The position numbers and the translations under genes were made by a program. A stretch of DNA of 64,000 nucleotides, from NCBI RefSeq assembly GCF_006345805.1, contig NC_042997.1, forward strand, positions 116,622,001-116,686,000. The letters are read 5' to 3'. Source of the DNA: Octopus sinensis. Taxonomy: Eukaryota. Under the pieces are notes generated by a model that was not told the origin of the DNA, ran no database searches, and saw only the letters and a list, made by a program, of their open reading frames with translations. Below are positions 50,759 to 63,967 of the stretch, piece after piece (positions within the stretch are counted from its first letter, which is position 1; each line of letters begins with the position of its first letter).

Positions 50759-51342
50759 AATTGTACTATACAATTTCTGTCTTCTCAGTTTCACTCACAA
50801 GGTATTGTTTGACACAAGGCTCTAGAAAAGACACTAGCCCAAAATGTCATGCAGGGGAACTAACCCCGAGATATCGTGACAGCGAAGGGAATTTACTTCA
50901 TTCTTTAAACTTAGCAAGCTCATTGCCCTCGCCCTTCAGAAAGCCACTCGTGAAGAGCGGTCACTTATACATACCTCTGTCCCACTCTAGATCCTCAATG
51001 TGTTGAGTACTTGCCAAAAAACACTTCCCAGCACTGACATCAGTTATATTTTAACCACCTGCCCTATCTGTGACACAGACATATGTCTCCGTGCGTAAGT
51101 ATTGTACCAGGTCAGAAGCGATAAATCTGGAGATCGTTATATCGCCAGCACGATCTGGAATCTCCACTCGCAGATCAAAGAACATTTGAGCACAGGTGAT
51201 TCGTCGTATGTGTGGGGGTTCTTCCTTGTCGATGAGTTTTTTTTATCTATCTATCTGTCTGCCTGTCTGTCTGTCTGTCTGTCTATATTTCTATCTATTT
51301 ATCTCTCTGCCTCTGTGCGTGTGTGCGCGCGTGCATGTTTGT

Positions 51343-51394
<52 letters not shown>

Positions 51395-51667
51395 TTGTGA
51401 ATGTTTAAGATGATCTAGTCACAACCACGCGCGCGGACACACACACATTTGTGTGTGCATGTATATATATATATAAAGAACTATATATAAGTGGAAATGC
51501 CCTTATTTTTAGGTGCGTGTGTGTTAGTGTTGATTGGGAAGCTGAGAAAAAAGGCAAGAGATAAAAGTTCGTGAGTTGAGTCAGGAATGAGAATGTTTCC
51601 GTGGAAGCCTCATTTGCTAAACATAGCAGCTGAATTAACTTTCTATGGTACCTTGGTACGTTAGAGG

Positions 51668-51988
51668 GAAGGCGCATGGCTTAGTGGTTAGGGCATTCGG
51701 CTCACGATCGTAATGTCGTGATTTCAATTCCCGGCGACGTGTTGTATCCTTGAGCAAGACACTTTATTTCACATTGCTCCAGTCCACTCAGCCGGCATAA
51801 ATGAGTTGTACATGTATTTCAAAGGGCCAGCCTTGTCACACTCTGTGTTACGCTGAGTCTCCACGAGAACTACGCTAGGGGTACACGTGTTTGTGGGGCG
51901 CTTAGCCACTAGCACGTCAACTTCACCAGCAAGCTGTTCTGTTGATCGTATCAGCTGAGACACTCCTCGTCGTAACCGACCGAGGGCT
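51668..51988 (+). mobile_element. tRNA-derived SINE, C head with F tail
   Basis: GAAGGCGCATGGCTTAGTGGTTAGGG..CCTTGAGCAAGACACTTTATTTC. Confidence 0.9.
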
Positions 51989-52129
51989 CCCCTTAGGTAC
52001 GTTAGAAACGGATACCTGCAAAAAGAGGTACTTAAATATTCTGTACAAAAGATGTTCATTAGTTAACCATGATGAATGGGATTATGAGGAGGAGGAAGAG
52101 GTGGAGGGTGGTAGTGGTAGTCATCAAAG

Positions 52130-52161
<32 letters not shown>

Positions 52162-52456
52162 GTATTCATCATGATCAGGACCACTACCATCATCTACATC
52201 ATAATCAGCATCATCACAACCACCGCAATAACATCATCATCACCATCGCCACACCCCACCATCATCATTCTCAGCAAGAACAACAAAACAATAGCAAAAC
52301 AAAAAACAACAACAATTACAACAGATTCCATAGAATATTTGTCTGCACATTATTTGTTTTTTTTTCTTTGTTAGTCGATCTGGTATAAAACCCCTATTTT
52401 GGGTAACTTGCCTTTACCCAATAATTCCGGGATATATAATTTATGAACAAAACCAA

Positions 52457-52780
52457 GCGCAGGCATGGCTTCGTGGTAAGAAGCTTGCTTCCCAACTACA
52501 TGGTTCCGGGTTCAGTCCCACTGAGTGGCACCTTGGGCAAGTGTCTTCAACTATAGGTTCTGATCGACCAAAGTCTTGTGAGTGTATTTGGTAGACGGAA
52601 ACTATGTATTTGTGTGTCTGCTTGACAACTTATGTTGGTGTGTTTACATCCCTGTAATTTAGTGGTTCGGTAAAAGAGAGCAATAGAATAAGTACGAGGC
52701 TTACAAAGAATAAGCCCTGGGGTCGATTTCTTCGACTAAAAGGCGGTGCTCCAGCAAAATGACTGAAGCAAGTAAAAGAA
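52457..52780 (+). mobile_element. SINE family A
   Basis: Family head and tail motifs. Confidence 0.9.
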
Positions 52781-52929
52781 TAAATCCGGCCCCTCCCCAC
52801 CGAGGACGGCTTTGCCTTTAATCCCTTCAGGTTAAAGTACTAGTCAAGCATTAGAGCTTGTATCGACTTGCCCCTTCTCTCAAAACTAGTGATTTAGCTC
52901 GAGTCTACATTGAGAGCAATTATTATTCT

Positions 52930-53760
52930 TTTCTACTTTACGTACAAGGCTCGAAATTTTGGGGGTAGGGACCAGTAGATTAGATCGACCCCAATAAATA
53001 ACAGATACTTAATTTATCGACCCCGAAAGGATGAAAGGCAAAGTCGACCTTGGCGGAATTTGAACTTAGAACGTAAAGACAGCCGAAATACCTATTTCTT
53101 TACTACCCACAAGGGGCTAAACACAGAGAGGACAAACAAGGACAGACACACGGATTAAGTCGATTATATCGACCCCAGTGCGTAACTGGTTCTTAATTTA
53201 TCGACTCCGAAAGGATGAAAGGCAAAGTCGACCTCGGCGGAATTTGAACTCAGAACGTAACAGCAGACGAAATACGGCTACGCATTTCGCCCGGCGTGCT
53301 AACGTTTCTGCCAGCTCGCCGCCTTAAGAACAATTATTATTTATTTTTTATTGCCCACATGGAGATAAACATAAAGGGGACAAACAAGGACAGACAAAGA
53401 GATTAAGTTGATTACATCGATCCCAGTGCGTAACTGGTACTTATTTAATCAACTGCGAAAGGATGAAAGGCAAAGTCGACCTCGGCGGAATTTGAACTCA
53501 GAACGTAACAGCAGACGAAATACCGATTTCTTTAGTACCCACAAGGGGCGAAGCACAGAGAGGACAAACAAGGGCAGACAAACGGATTAAGTCGATTATT
53601 TCGACCCCAGTGCGTAACTGGTACTTATTTAATCGACCCCGAAAGGATAAAAGTCAAAGTTGACCTCAGCGGAATTTGAATTCAGAACGTAACGGTAGAC
53701 GAAATACCGCTAAGCATTTCGCCCGGCGCGCTAGCGATTCTGCCAACTTACCTCCCTAGG
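52930..53760 (-). mobile_element. Two adjacent family B concatemers, plus a plus-strand fragment to about 53930
   Basis: GAAATA repeats at 53085 and 53269 (184 bp apart); further units to 53750. Confidence 0.93.
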
Positions 53761-54801
53761 AACAATTATTACTACAACGACGAAGGCGGCGAGTTGGCAG
53801 AAAGGAACAGCGCTGGAAAAATATTTTCGAGTTCAAATCCCGCCTTTCATCCTTTCAAGGTCGATGAAATAAGTACCAGTTGAGTAGCAGAGTCGATTTA
53901 ATCGACTAGCCACCCCACCCGCTCAAATGTTGCTAGTCCTATGCCAAACGTTGAAACCGTTATTACGACGGCAAGCTGGCAGAGTCGTTACATTATCGGA
54001 AGAAAACCCTTACGATATTTTCATGTGGTTCTTTACATTTAGTCAAATCCCGCCGTAGTCCACCGTACTTTTCGTATTTTGGAGATCTATAAAATCAGGA
54101 AAAAGGTTTGATGAAATCGATTAATCCCTCCCTAAAAATTATTTGCTTTGTGCCCAAGTTAGTTAGAAATTATTCTAAAAGACATAATATTTCGGTCTAA
54201 AATGGTTAAGAAGTGATATACAGGGACATAAGTTCCTTTTAAAATCAAAGAAACAGCTAAAGAAAGATTTTCATGTGCGAATCGAAACCTGTTAGCGAAG
54301 TCGAGTCGATGTGAAGTTTTTCTTTTTTTTGTTTTTGCTGCACTGCCCTTGCTTTTAAAGAGGGAAGACTATGGATCTCTCGAACCGATAGAAACTTGCA
54401 TGAGAAATGTAGCAAAATTACTGATGTATGCAATGCATGACTTACTTCATCTGTTGACTGAGAAGGACGGCAGAAAAGACTGATAAATAGAATTAAACAA
54501 ATGAGAATATAAAAATGGAATCCCGCATTCAACCGTTCCATCCATCCATCCATCTTTCTCTGTTTTCCTTTATCTCACTGACTTTCTCTTTCTCTCTCTC
54601 TCTCTCTTTCTCATCACACACACGCAGAGCACATACGAATGTATATATCTAATCTATTAAATGTGTCTATGTGTATTGTGTGTAGATGTATACAGATAAA
54701 GAAACGAAAGAGCGGCATGATTCAGTCAGTACCGGACAGTACATACACACACACACACGTACATGCATACATTCTCAGTCATATATTTACTTAAACACAC
54801 A

Positions 54802-54870
<69 letters not shown>

Positions 54871-55469
54871 TGAGTGCGTGTGTGCATATGTGTGCATGTT
54901 TATTTATATATATGTCAATGTTCGAAACTCAGCCTTTAAGTGACTTTGTAACTTCTGCCGATTAAATAATATACATGTATACTTATGTTTTGATTTCTAT
55001 TCTCCTATATATGTATATGAATATATATATGTATATGAATATATATGTATATGAATATATATATATATAAATATTTATTAATATTTAGCAGAAGCAATGG
55101 AGTGACTCAAGGGCTGAGAGTTCCGTGCGTTGATAAGTGCTAACACACGAAATTCACTCATATATATATATATATATATACTCTCGTGTTCCCTGTTTTA
55201 CCTTTCCTATATGCATCGCCAAAGATGTGTGTGTACGTGTGTGTGTGTGTACATACATACATACATACATACATACATACATACATACATACATACATAC
55301 ACAATGATTGAGTGAAAAGTTGATAGAGAAATAGAGAGAAAAGTATAGAGAAAAGGGTCCGAAAGATGGGAAGAGACGAAAGAAATAGAAGGGACCAGGA
55401 AAGAATTTTGAAGTAAAATAGTGTCTGCGAGAAAGACAGTACAGAAAAAGAGAAAGAAAAGAGAGAGAT

Positions 55470-55560
<91 letters not shown>

Positions 55561-55759
55561 GAATCTAAGCATGAAATGATAAATATCAATTTTAAAAATA
55601 CCTGACATATTAATGAATAAATAATATATAATGTTGAATAAATAACATATGATATTGTATAAATAATAGTTTTTAAGGAAGGTAAACCGGAATAAAGAGA
55701 AGGAAAAGAAAGAAAGTAAACGAAGATGTAGAGAGAGAAAGAGAGAAAAAAGGAATATC

Positions 55760-55955
55760 GGCGGAGTTTTCGTTGATGTTTGTTCTGTTGCCGATGTTCA
55801 GCAGCGCCCCCTACAGCGCCACTGTCGTCTGCTCACCATTAACTTTGTCGTTTCACTTGTGTTACTAGCTTCATCTGTGGCTCGTAGCATCGTCAGTTTA
55901 ATTTCTAAACGGACGACAACGATAACAAACAGCCTCTATATACACGGGTCAATAT
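55760..55955. promoter_or_regulatory. Candidate promoter island with a CTCF-like motif and an initiator
   Basis: CpG-rich unique segment; minus-strand GCTGTAGGGGGCGC (55804-17) fits 12 of 14 positions of CCASYAGRKGGCRS; TCAGTT at 55893-98. Confidence 0.45.
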
Positions 55956-55999
55956 GTTTACAGTGGATGAAATTAGTAAATGCAAAAGGAAAAGACGCG
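55954..55999 (+). CDS. Candidate first coding exon MFTVDEISKCKRKRR + 1 nt
   Basis: ATG 60 bp after an Inr-like TCAGTT, donor GCG/GTAAGA (phase 1); no homolog recognised. Confidence 0.35.
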
Positions 56000-56460
56000 G
56001 TAAGACTTTATTTAGCCATTTCCCATGTTATTCTTTTCTTCATGTTTCCTATACATTGGGGTTATGTTTACATATTCTCTTTTATTTTTTCGTTTCTAAC
56101 TTATTTCTTTATGGCTAATTTATATTTTCCTATTATACATCTCTATTTATTAACTTTCATTGATATTTTTGTACAGGCATTTAATTTTTTTCTTTGTAGT
56201 TGTTATAAACTTATTTGTTTATTTTCTTGATATTTCCATAATAATCGTCTGCCAATCTTTCTATCACCGCTTGTCGGTCAGTCTACTTGTTAATAATATA
56301 TCCCTTCCATCTCTCTTTCCCCCACTTTTTTTTCAGTGTATACATACATGCCTAGCTTTCCCCCAGATACGCCCTTACCAAATTTTTTTATCATTCTTTA
56401 AACAAAACAAAACAAAATAAGAACATTGTATATATACTTATTAATTTAGCCTTCCACGTT

Positions 56461-56563
56461 TATGTATGTATGTATGTATGTATGTATGTATGTATGTATG
56501 TATGTATTATGTATGTATGTATGTATGTATGTATGTATGTATGTATGTATGTATGTATGTATG

Positions 56564-56616
<53 letters not shown>

Positions 56617-56657
56617 GTCTATCTATCTATCTGTCTATCGATCTGTCTATCTATCTT

Positions 56658-56716
<59 letters not shown>

Positions 56717-56854
56717 ATCTATCTATCTATCTGCTTTAATATCTACATGAGGTGTGTATGTATGTGTGTGTGCGTGCGTGTGTATGTGTATGAATGCATA
56801 TACATATATATATCCCCTTACACACCACACATAAATACATTATATATAATATAT

Positions 56855-56896
<42 letters not shown>

Positions 56897-57075
56897 ATAT
56901 ATATATATATATATAATATATGTATATATATATATATGTATATATATATAATATATTATACACATATATATTTTATAAACGTATGACTAACGTGTGCAAC
57001 TACATAGGTGTGTTGTATGTATTATGTATGTATGTATGTATGTATGTATGTATGTATGTATGTATGTGTGTGTGT
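56461..57075. repeat. Compound (TATG)n/(TATC)n/(TA)n microsatellite block; similar blocks at 55255-55560 and 57260-57870
   Basis: Directly visible. Confidence 0.95.
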
Positions 57076-57267
57076 GTGTATGTTTAATTTTTCGCTTGGT
57101 ACTCGGCGTATGTATCGGTTCTGAACACACCGTATGGTTATCTATCTATCTACCTATCTATATGTCTAACTCTCTCTATGTATCTACATGTATCTATGTT
57201 TCTCAATTTTTATACCTGCCAAGACACATTCGCACACACACTCAATCACATACTTAAACACGGACAT

Positions 57268-57302
<35 letters not shown>

Positions 57303-57692
57303 GACAGATAGGCACATGTATGCATAATATTAGACATTATAAACAGCAAATTGATAGAGGAGTAAACAACAGGCCCACGCAAGTGATACAGTTGTGAATT
57401 GCATCTCTCGGTGGGTCTGTTGTTTCTGTCTCTCAAATTGACGCTTGAAATGTTTAACATCAATGATATAATAATCCTCACATTGTTCACACACACACAC
57501 ACACACATACACATATTTATACACAAACATACACACACATATGCATATATACAAATATGTATATATATATATATATGTATATGTGTATACATATTCATAC
57601 AAACACATCTCTCTCTCTTTCTCTCTCTCTCCCTATATATATATATACACGCACACACATATGCATGCCTCTGTGTATTAATATCTATTAAC

Positions 57693-57784
<92 letters not shown>

Positions 57785-58250
57785 GTCTATACTTACATAC
57801 ATATATGTATGTAGGTATGTGTGAACGTGCATGTATGTATATGTGTATCTATGTATCTATCTATCTATGCATGTGTATGTATACATCTAACACCCACCCC
57901 ACCCCCATATATATATATACACAATATTTTTTTGCATAGAAACATGAGCGCACGTATTTCCATACGACGAAAGTTGTGGTTGTTCTTAATCTAAGACATC
58001 TCTGTCGAAGCAGACTTATACTCAATGACTCCATCCGTGACCATTCCACAATTTTTGTAAGCATAACCTATAGCCTACCGCCGACTACATTATTCAAAAC
58101 CTGTATCTGTTCATCTTTGTTTTAAGAGAGGAATTTTTGATTTGATAGAGATTCGTTTTCTATTTTTAGCATGAGTTTGGTGTAAAAAATCGCTGAAAAA
58201 AAATGTTAAACCGATAGCGGAAGTTTATGCATAGTCAGCACTATATTTAG

Positions 58251-58379
58251 CTATATTCACGAACCACACTGTATTTGGCACCAGAGCAATTACTACCAGG
58301 CTGTCAACATTGCATCAGTGTCTCCAAGAGAAATTTAGCAAGACTCAGGAGGAGTTCTTGCAAAATTCAAGCGAGTTGG
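58251..58379 (+). CDS. Candidate exon (129 nt, phase 1-1): IFTNHTVFGTRAITTRLSTLHQCLQEKFSKTQEEFLQNSSEL
   Basis: Open in the frame needed by the upstream exon; weak TTTAG acceptor and TGG/GTGACA donor. Confidence 0.2.
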
Positions 58380-58429
58380 GTGACATTTCTTTTTGTATTT
58401 CATTTTTATTTTAATTTTAAAAGAATTTT

Positions 58430-58915
58430 CTTTTACTTCTTTCAGTCTTTGGACTGAGGTCATGCTGGAGTGCTGGAGGTACGGTTTCGAAGGGGTTCGT
58501 CGAACAAATCGATCGCAATGCATCTTTTTAATCCTGGCACTTATTTTATCGATGTTTTTTTTTTTTTTACTGAACCTCTAACTTACAGGGACGAAAACAA
58601 ACCGGCACCGGTTGCCAAGCGGTTGTGGAGAGAAACACAAACACTGACATACATACATACATACATACATACATACATGCATGCACGCATGCATACATAC
58701 ATGCATGCATGCATGCATACATACACGCATGTATAGATACACACATACATGCATACATACATGCATACATATATACATGGATGCACGCATACTTGCATAC
58801 ATACATGCATGTGTACATACACATACATGCATACATGCAGGTATATTTACATGCATACATACGTACATACATGCATGCATGCATGCATACATACATACAT
58901 ACATACATACATACA

Positions 58916-58947
<32 letters not shown>

Positions 58948-59120
58948 GACATACATGCATGCGACGGGCTTCTTTCAGCTTCCGTCCATCAAATCCACAC
59001 ACAAGGTTTTAGTCGGCCCGAGGTTATAGTACAAAACACTCGCAGAAGGTGCCACGCGTTGGGATTGAACTCGTAGCTATGTCTTTCGGATGCAAGTTTC
59101 CTACAACCCAACCTTGTGTG
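58430..59120 (-). mobile_element. SINE family A with a 330-bp internal (TACA/TGCA)n expansion
   Basis: Tail 58430-58645, microsatellite to 58960, head to about 59120. Confidence 0.85.
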
Positions 59121-59236
59121 CACCTTTATAAAATTTATTCTAATCTGCCAGGATTTTTTTGTTTACTTTTCGTGCGCGCGCGTGTGTCCTAGAAAATGAC
59201 TCTGCAGATAGTCACTGGTCCCTTCTTAGCTTTCAG

Positions 59237-59295
59237 GGCCCCGGTTGATGCCTAGCCTTTCTGGACTCGGCTTTGTGCCATTGTTTGATATAATG
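59237..59295 (+). CDS. Candidate exon (59 nt, phase 1-0): PRLMPSLSGLGFVPLFDIM
   Basis: Acceptor CCCTTCTTAGCTTTCAG, donor ATG/GTAATA; only the phase-1 frame is open. Confidence 0.3.
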
Positions 59296-59469
59296 GTAAT
59301 AGTTGCATCTAGCGTGATTTTCTATACAGTTTACCTTTCCTCTATTTTATTATCACGTCATCTATGGATGACAGAGGTGTAACTGCATCCTATTGTGTTG
59401 TTGAATAACAACAGACCCGGTTAGATTGAACTTAGCTCCAAGCTACCAAAAAATATTCCTCGTGGGTCT

Positions 59470-59885
59470 CTTTACTCTTTTACTCTTTTACTTGTTTCAG
59501 TCATTTGACTACGGCCATGCTGGAGCACCGCCTTTAGTCGAGCAAATCGACCCCGGGACTGATTCTTTGTGAGCCCAGTACTTATTCTATCGGTCTCTTT
59601 TGCTGAACCGCTAAGTGACGGGGACTTAAACACACCAGCATCAGTTGTCAAGCAATGCTAGGGGGACAAACACAGATACACAAACACACACACACACACA
59701 CATATATATATGTACATATATACGACAGGCTTCTTTCAGTTTCCGTCTACCAAATCCACTCACAAGGCATTGGTCAGCCCGGGGCTATAGTAGAAGACAC
59801 TTGCCCAAGATGCCACGCAGTGGGACTGAACCCGCAACCATGTTGTTGGTTAGCAAGCTACTTACCACACAGCCACTCCTGCGCC
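59470..59885 (-). mobile_element. Full-length SINE family A
   Basis: Complete head, microsatellite and tail. Confidence 0.93.
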
Positions 59886-60456
59886 TATTTTTTCTGCTTC
59901 TTTTTTTTTCTGCGAGACTAAATGAAAATTGTTTACAGCTTTAGATAACTCTGCTTATAAAGTGTCAATAATTTACAATGTAAACTGGCAACGCTTTAGT
60001 ATGAACGTTTTAAACTGTTATCATACATACACGTACAAATTTGTGCATGCCCGTACACACACGCGCGCGCACAGACACACATATACAAGCATGCATTCTC
60101 ACAGTCATACATATACCTACATAGACATACACTTATATACATTCATGCGCATATGTAAGCTCGTGAACCGTTTGTGTACAAAGGCAAACATTTATTAGTA
60201 CTCAGGGAAATTCCGTGTGGCACAAAATGTTAAGGCTAGCCCTTTGAGATACAGGTAGCTCCTGGGTGGGCTGGAGCAACGTGAAATAAAGTGTCTTGCT
60301 CAACGTGACGTCGGGATTGAACTCATGCCCTTGCGATCATGAACCGAATACCCTAACCACTAGGCCCCGCCTCCAGACACGCAATTAATATATAGAATAG
60401 ATATATATATATATAATATTATATATATATATATAATATATATATATAATATATAT

Positions 60457-60501
<45 letters not shown>

Positions 60502-60548
60502 ATATATAGATATTATATAATATATATATTATATATATTATATTATAT

Positions 60549-60590
<42 letters not shown>

Positions 60591-60651
60591 TATATATATA
60601 TAATATTATATATATATATATATATAATATATATATATTATATATATATAT

Positions 60652-60813
60652 AGGCGCAGGTCGCTGTGTAGTAAGGAGATTGCTTCCCAACCGCATACTT
60701 CTGGGTTTAGTCCCACTGCGTGGCACCTTGGGCAAGTATCTTCTACTAAAGCCACAGGCCGACCAAAGCCTTGTGAGTGGATTTGGTAGATGGAAACTGG
60801 AAGAAGCCCATCG

Positions 60814-60857
<44 letters not shown>

Positions 60858-61065
60858 CGTGTGTTTGTCTCCCCGTCATTGCTTGAAAGCCGATGCTGGT
60901 GTGTTTATGTCCCTGTAAACTAGCGGTTCGGCAAAAGGAGATCGATAAAATATGTACTAGGCTTACAAAGAATACATCCTAGGGTCGATTTCTTCGACTA
61001 ACACCCTTTATGCTGGTGCTCCAGCATGGTCGCAGTTAAATAACTGAAATGAGTAAAAGAATATA
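60652..61065 (+). mobile_element. Full-length SINE family A
   Basis: Complete head, microsatellite and tail. Confidence 0.93.
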
Positions 61066-61884
61066 TATATATTCTTTTTTCTATATATGTATATATATAT
61101 GTATATTATATATAAATAAATATACATGCATGCATGCATATATACATACATACATACATACACACATACATACACACATACATACATGCATATATATATA
61201 TATATATATATATTGTCGTTGTATACTGGCGTAAAAAAGTTGCATTACCCATAGCCTTTACAAAATTGTTGAAATCGATGTAGTTAATATTCAGTTTGGT
61301 TTTTCTGTTTGTAAATATCTGTGAATGTCACGTGAGTGAACAGGAATTGCAGAGGTGTTCGATCTGCAGAGGAAAGAAGCGGAAGGAACTGAGAAATTTT
61401 TGTAGTTCACTACGTAGTGTACAAAACAATGTACTTCTGGGTGTGGAGATTGTTGTTTAACCTCAAGTCTGCTCTTAACGAACTTATTAAGGATATTCCA
61501 GCTGTGTTTATTATGATTTTTGTTTCATTTTTATAAGGACAATTTTATACAAAGTATCTTTCTTTCTTCAACGTGGAAGGTAGTTATTATAGGAAGTTTA
61601 TGGAAGCTATTTCAAAAAAATAGTGCTTTCACGTTGAACAGGGGTTTGTCAACCACCAGGTCGCAGGTCTGAACCGAATTGAGGATCATGTGGTGTCAGG
61701 AACACAGAAAGAATAAATTTTAAAATTCTATTTCTATTTTATTGATAAACGCAATCTGCAGGGTGTTTTTGAAAGTGTATGTATTATATATGTAATAATT
61801 AAATTATTTATTTTGTACACTATTGTTTCGTTATGCGTATCATCCTCCGTCCGTGGTAAAAAATGTTACAATATATATATATAT

Positions 61885-62360
61885 CTTATGTCAGGTCAAT
61901 TTCGAGTGCTACTGGTAACATGTAACCCAGTACAACCTGTTGCCTTGTCGGGGCGTCGGCGATTAAACCGGCAACCCCACCAAGCTTGCTTGGTGAGGAG
62001 GTTGTTTATTGGACACCCTGCGGGATGAAAAACAAAAGCCGTGAAAGGGCGGGGGAACTCTTGAGAATCAACGGCCATCCAATAAATGTCTTAAGGCTGT
62101 ATCATGCGCGGGGACAGAGAAATAATCGGACTGAATACCCAATCTCGCGGTTAAACCTTTGGGAGTGAAGGACTCATAGCCTTTGTTAGGGCATCCTTCT
62201 AGGAGAAGGTAACTCAGATAACTGGGATAACTCCGACATAAAACCTGCTGCTCAGTGGTTACCGATGATGTTGACTTCTTCTTCTTTTCGGATTATGGCT
62301 GCTTTGCTTACTGAGTGGGATTGACTCAGTGCACAGCCTTTCCTCACTTAAAAAAAGGTC
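61885..62360 (+). mobile_element. Probable RTE LINE 5' UTR fragment
   Basis: GC-rich non-coding stretch with TAGGGCATCCTTCTAGGAGAAGG..AAACCTGCTGCT, a pattern I associate with RTE 5' UTRs; not verified. Confidence 0.45.
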
Positions 62361-63072
62361 TTCTTGCACAGGCATTGCACGATAACAACATTGATTAAGC
62401 TTCGTGCAATGGCCATACTCGATAACGAGGGGGCAGCCACCATATATATATATATATATATAAAGATTGAGGGTGGGCACTGACGTAGAGACACTTTCTT
62501 TGGTTCGTCCTGTTGCTATTTTCTTTTCTTTTCGTCTTTTGTTTGTTTTTGTTCTGGTTTAGCCTCCTGATTAAACAAATTTATGGTGCTCCAGTAGAGA
62601 GAGAGAGAGAGAGGGGGGAGGTTGCGAATGACGGACTTATTCAATGGTATTAGTGTTGATATTATTGCTGTTGTTGATGATGATGCTGTTGCTGATGTTC
62701 AACCCCATGTCAGCTCTGTCCTAGTAGACCCACAATTAAAAAGATTAGAAAATTGCGTCCCTTTTCCCGAGAGAAATTCAACTGCTTTTTCCAGCCCGTT
62801 GAACGACCACTTCGACTCTTCCATGTTGTTCATGCAGTTGCTATGGTTTAACTCCTGCTCAATCTTGATTCAACTGACATATGATCAACGGCATCCTGTA
62901 CATAGTTTACCTAAGATTACATTATCCAATGTCCCTTTCATTTTATAATAGCGTAAGGTTTAAGACAGATCGACTTCTATTTCTAGGAGAGTAAGCGACC
63001 GCGTAGAGGTTCTGCGCTGGCTCGTTGATTGGCGATAATAGTGGTAGTTGATGGTATTGTTATTGTTGTGGA

Positions 63073-63406
63073 GAAGGCGCATGGCTCAGTGGTTGGAGCG
63101 TCGAGCTTACGATCGTGAAGTTGTGAGTTCGAATCTCGGACCGGGCTGCGTGTTGTGTTCTTAAGCAAGACACTTTATTTCACGTTGCTCCAGTTCATTC
63201 AACTGTAGAAATGAGTTGCGACGTCACAGGTGCCAAGCTGTATCGGCCTCTGCCTTTCTTTTGGATAACATCAGTAGCGTAGAGAAGAGAGGATGGTATG
63301 CATGGGCGACTGCTGGTCTTCCATAAACAAACTTGCGCGGAATTGTGCCTGGGAGGGTAACTTTCTAGGTGCAATCCTATGGTCAGTCATGACCGAAGGG
63401 GGTCTC
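63073..63406 (+). mobile_element. tRNA-derived SINE, C-type head with a third tail type
   Basis: GAAGGCGCATGGCTCAGTGG..GAGTTCGAATCTC..CTTAAGCAAGACACTTTATTTC then an unrelated tail. Confidence 0.85.
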
Positions 63407-63967
63407 AGCAGTTATTGTTGTTGCTGTTGTCAAGTAGCCCATTCCTGCTCTTATTTTGCAAACCTATAACCAGAGATGTTTCTGGTATGACCAACATGAA
63501 TGTTTTAGGAATAGCGTGTAAAAGACCTCATAATCCAATGCGTTCATTTTTACATGTATGATTTAAAAAAAAATTGGCTGCTACTTCTAGCAGATTGAGT
63601 GACCACTGAGAGACTATTCACATAAGCTTGCTTGTTGATAGTCGTAATAGTGGTATTGTTTAGCTCCCACATCAGTCCTGATCCAACAGTCCCATGGCAG
63701 AATGCGTTTCAGTCATGAGCATCTTACCTTTGTGATAAGCAGCATATTTAGGGCATTATTCAATGCACTCGTCTCTTTTATGGTAGTAAGTTACGAGTTA
63801 TTAGATTTTGATTATTCTTTCTTGCATGTCGAGACACTACGTAGAGGTTTCTCCGTTTTGGTTAATCATTTAGACTGTGTGCTTGCGGCGCGTGATATCT
63901 AATCATAAACATTCCAGCTGGGTATCACACACATAATCTACATATAACGTATATATATATATTATAT

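Larger units (their letters stand above)
47190..51230 (+). mobile_element. Decayed Penelope-like element with upstream partial tandem copy, interrupted by RTE and SINE insertions
   Basis: Endonuclease C-terminus LRIKEAIFIKYQKP at 47208-47309; QINFLKCCLKADVIP; INLTGSLSHSGLELLSTRSKF; VSTDLFTKFP; FFTRDLDDF; YFTVEH..PLLDF..FYKK; GIY-YIG-like YQVRSDKSGDRYIASTIWNLHSQIKEH at about 51102-51190. Confidence 0.85.

Noticed and set aside
50341-53760. Family B arrays as CRISPR-like repeats
   Set aside because: Units are contiguous 184-bp repeats with no unique spacers, no cas genes, and a eukaryotic context
61345-61480. Fourth exon of the plus-strand chain (ELQRCSICRGKKRKEL)
   Set aside because: The acceptor lacks a pyrimidine tract and no convincing donor follows
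61935-61975. HDV-like ribozyme in the putative RTE 5' UTR (GCC-TTGTCGG-GGC)
   Set aside because: No P1 partner strand or P1.1 pairing could be found
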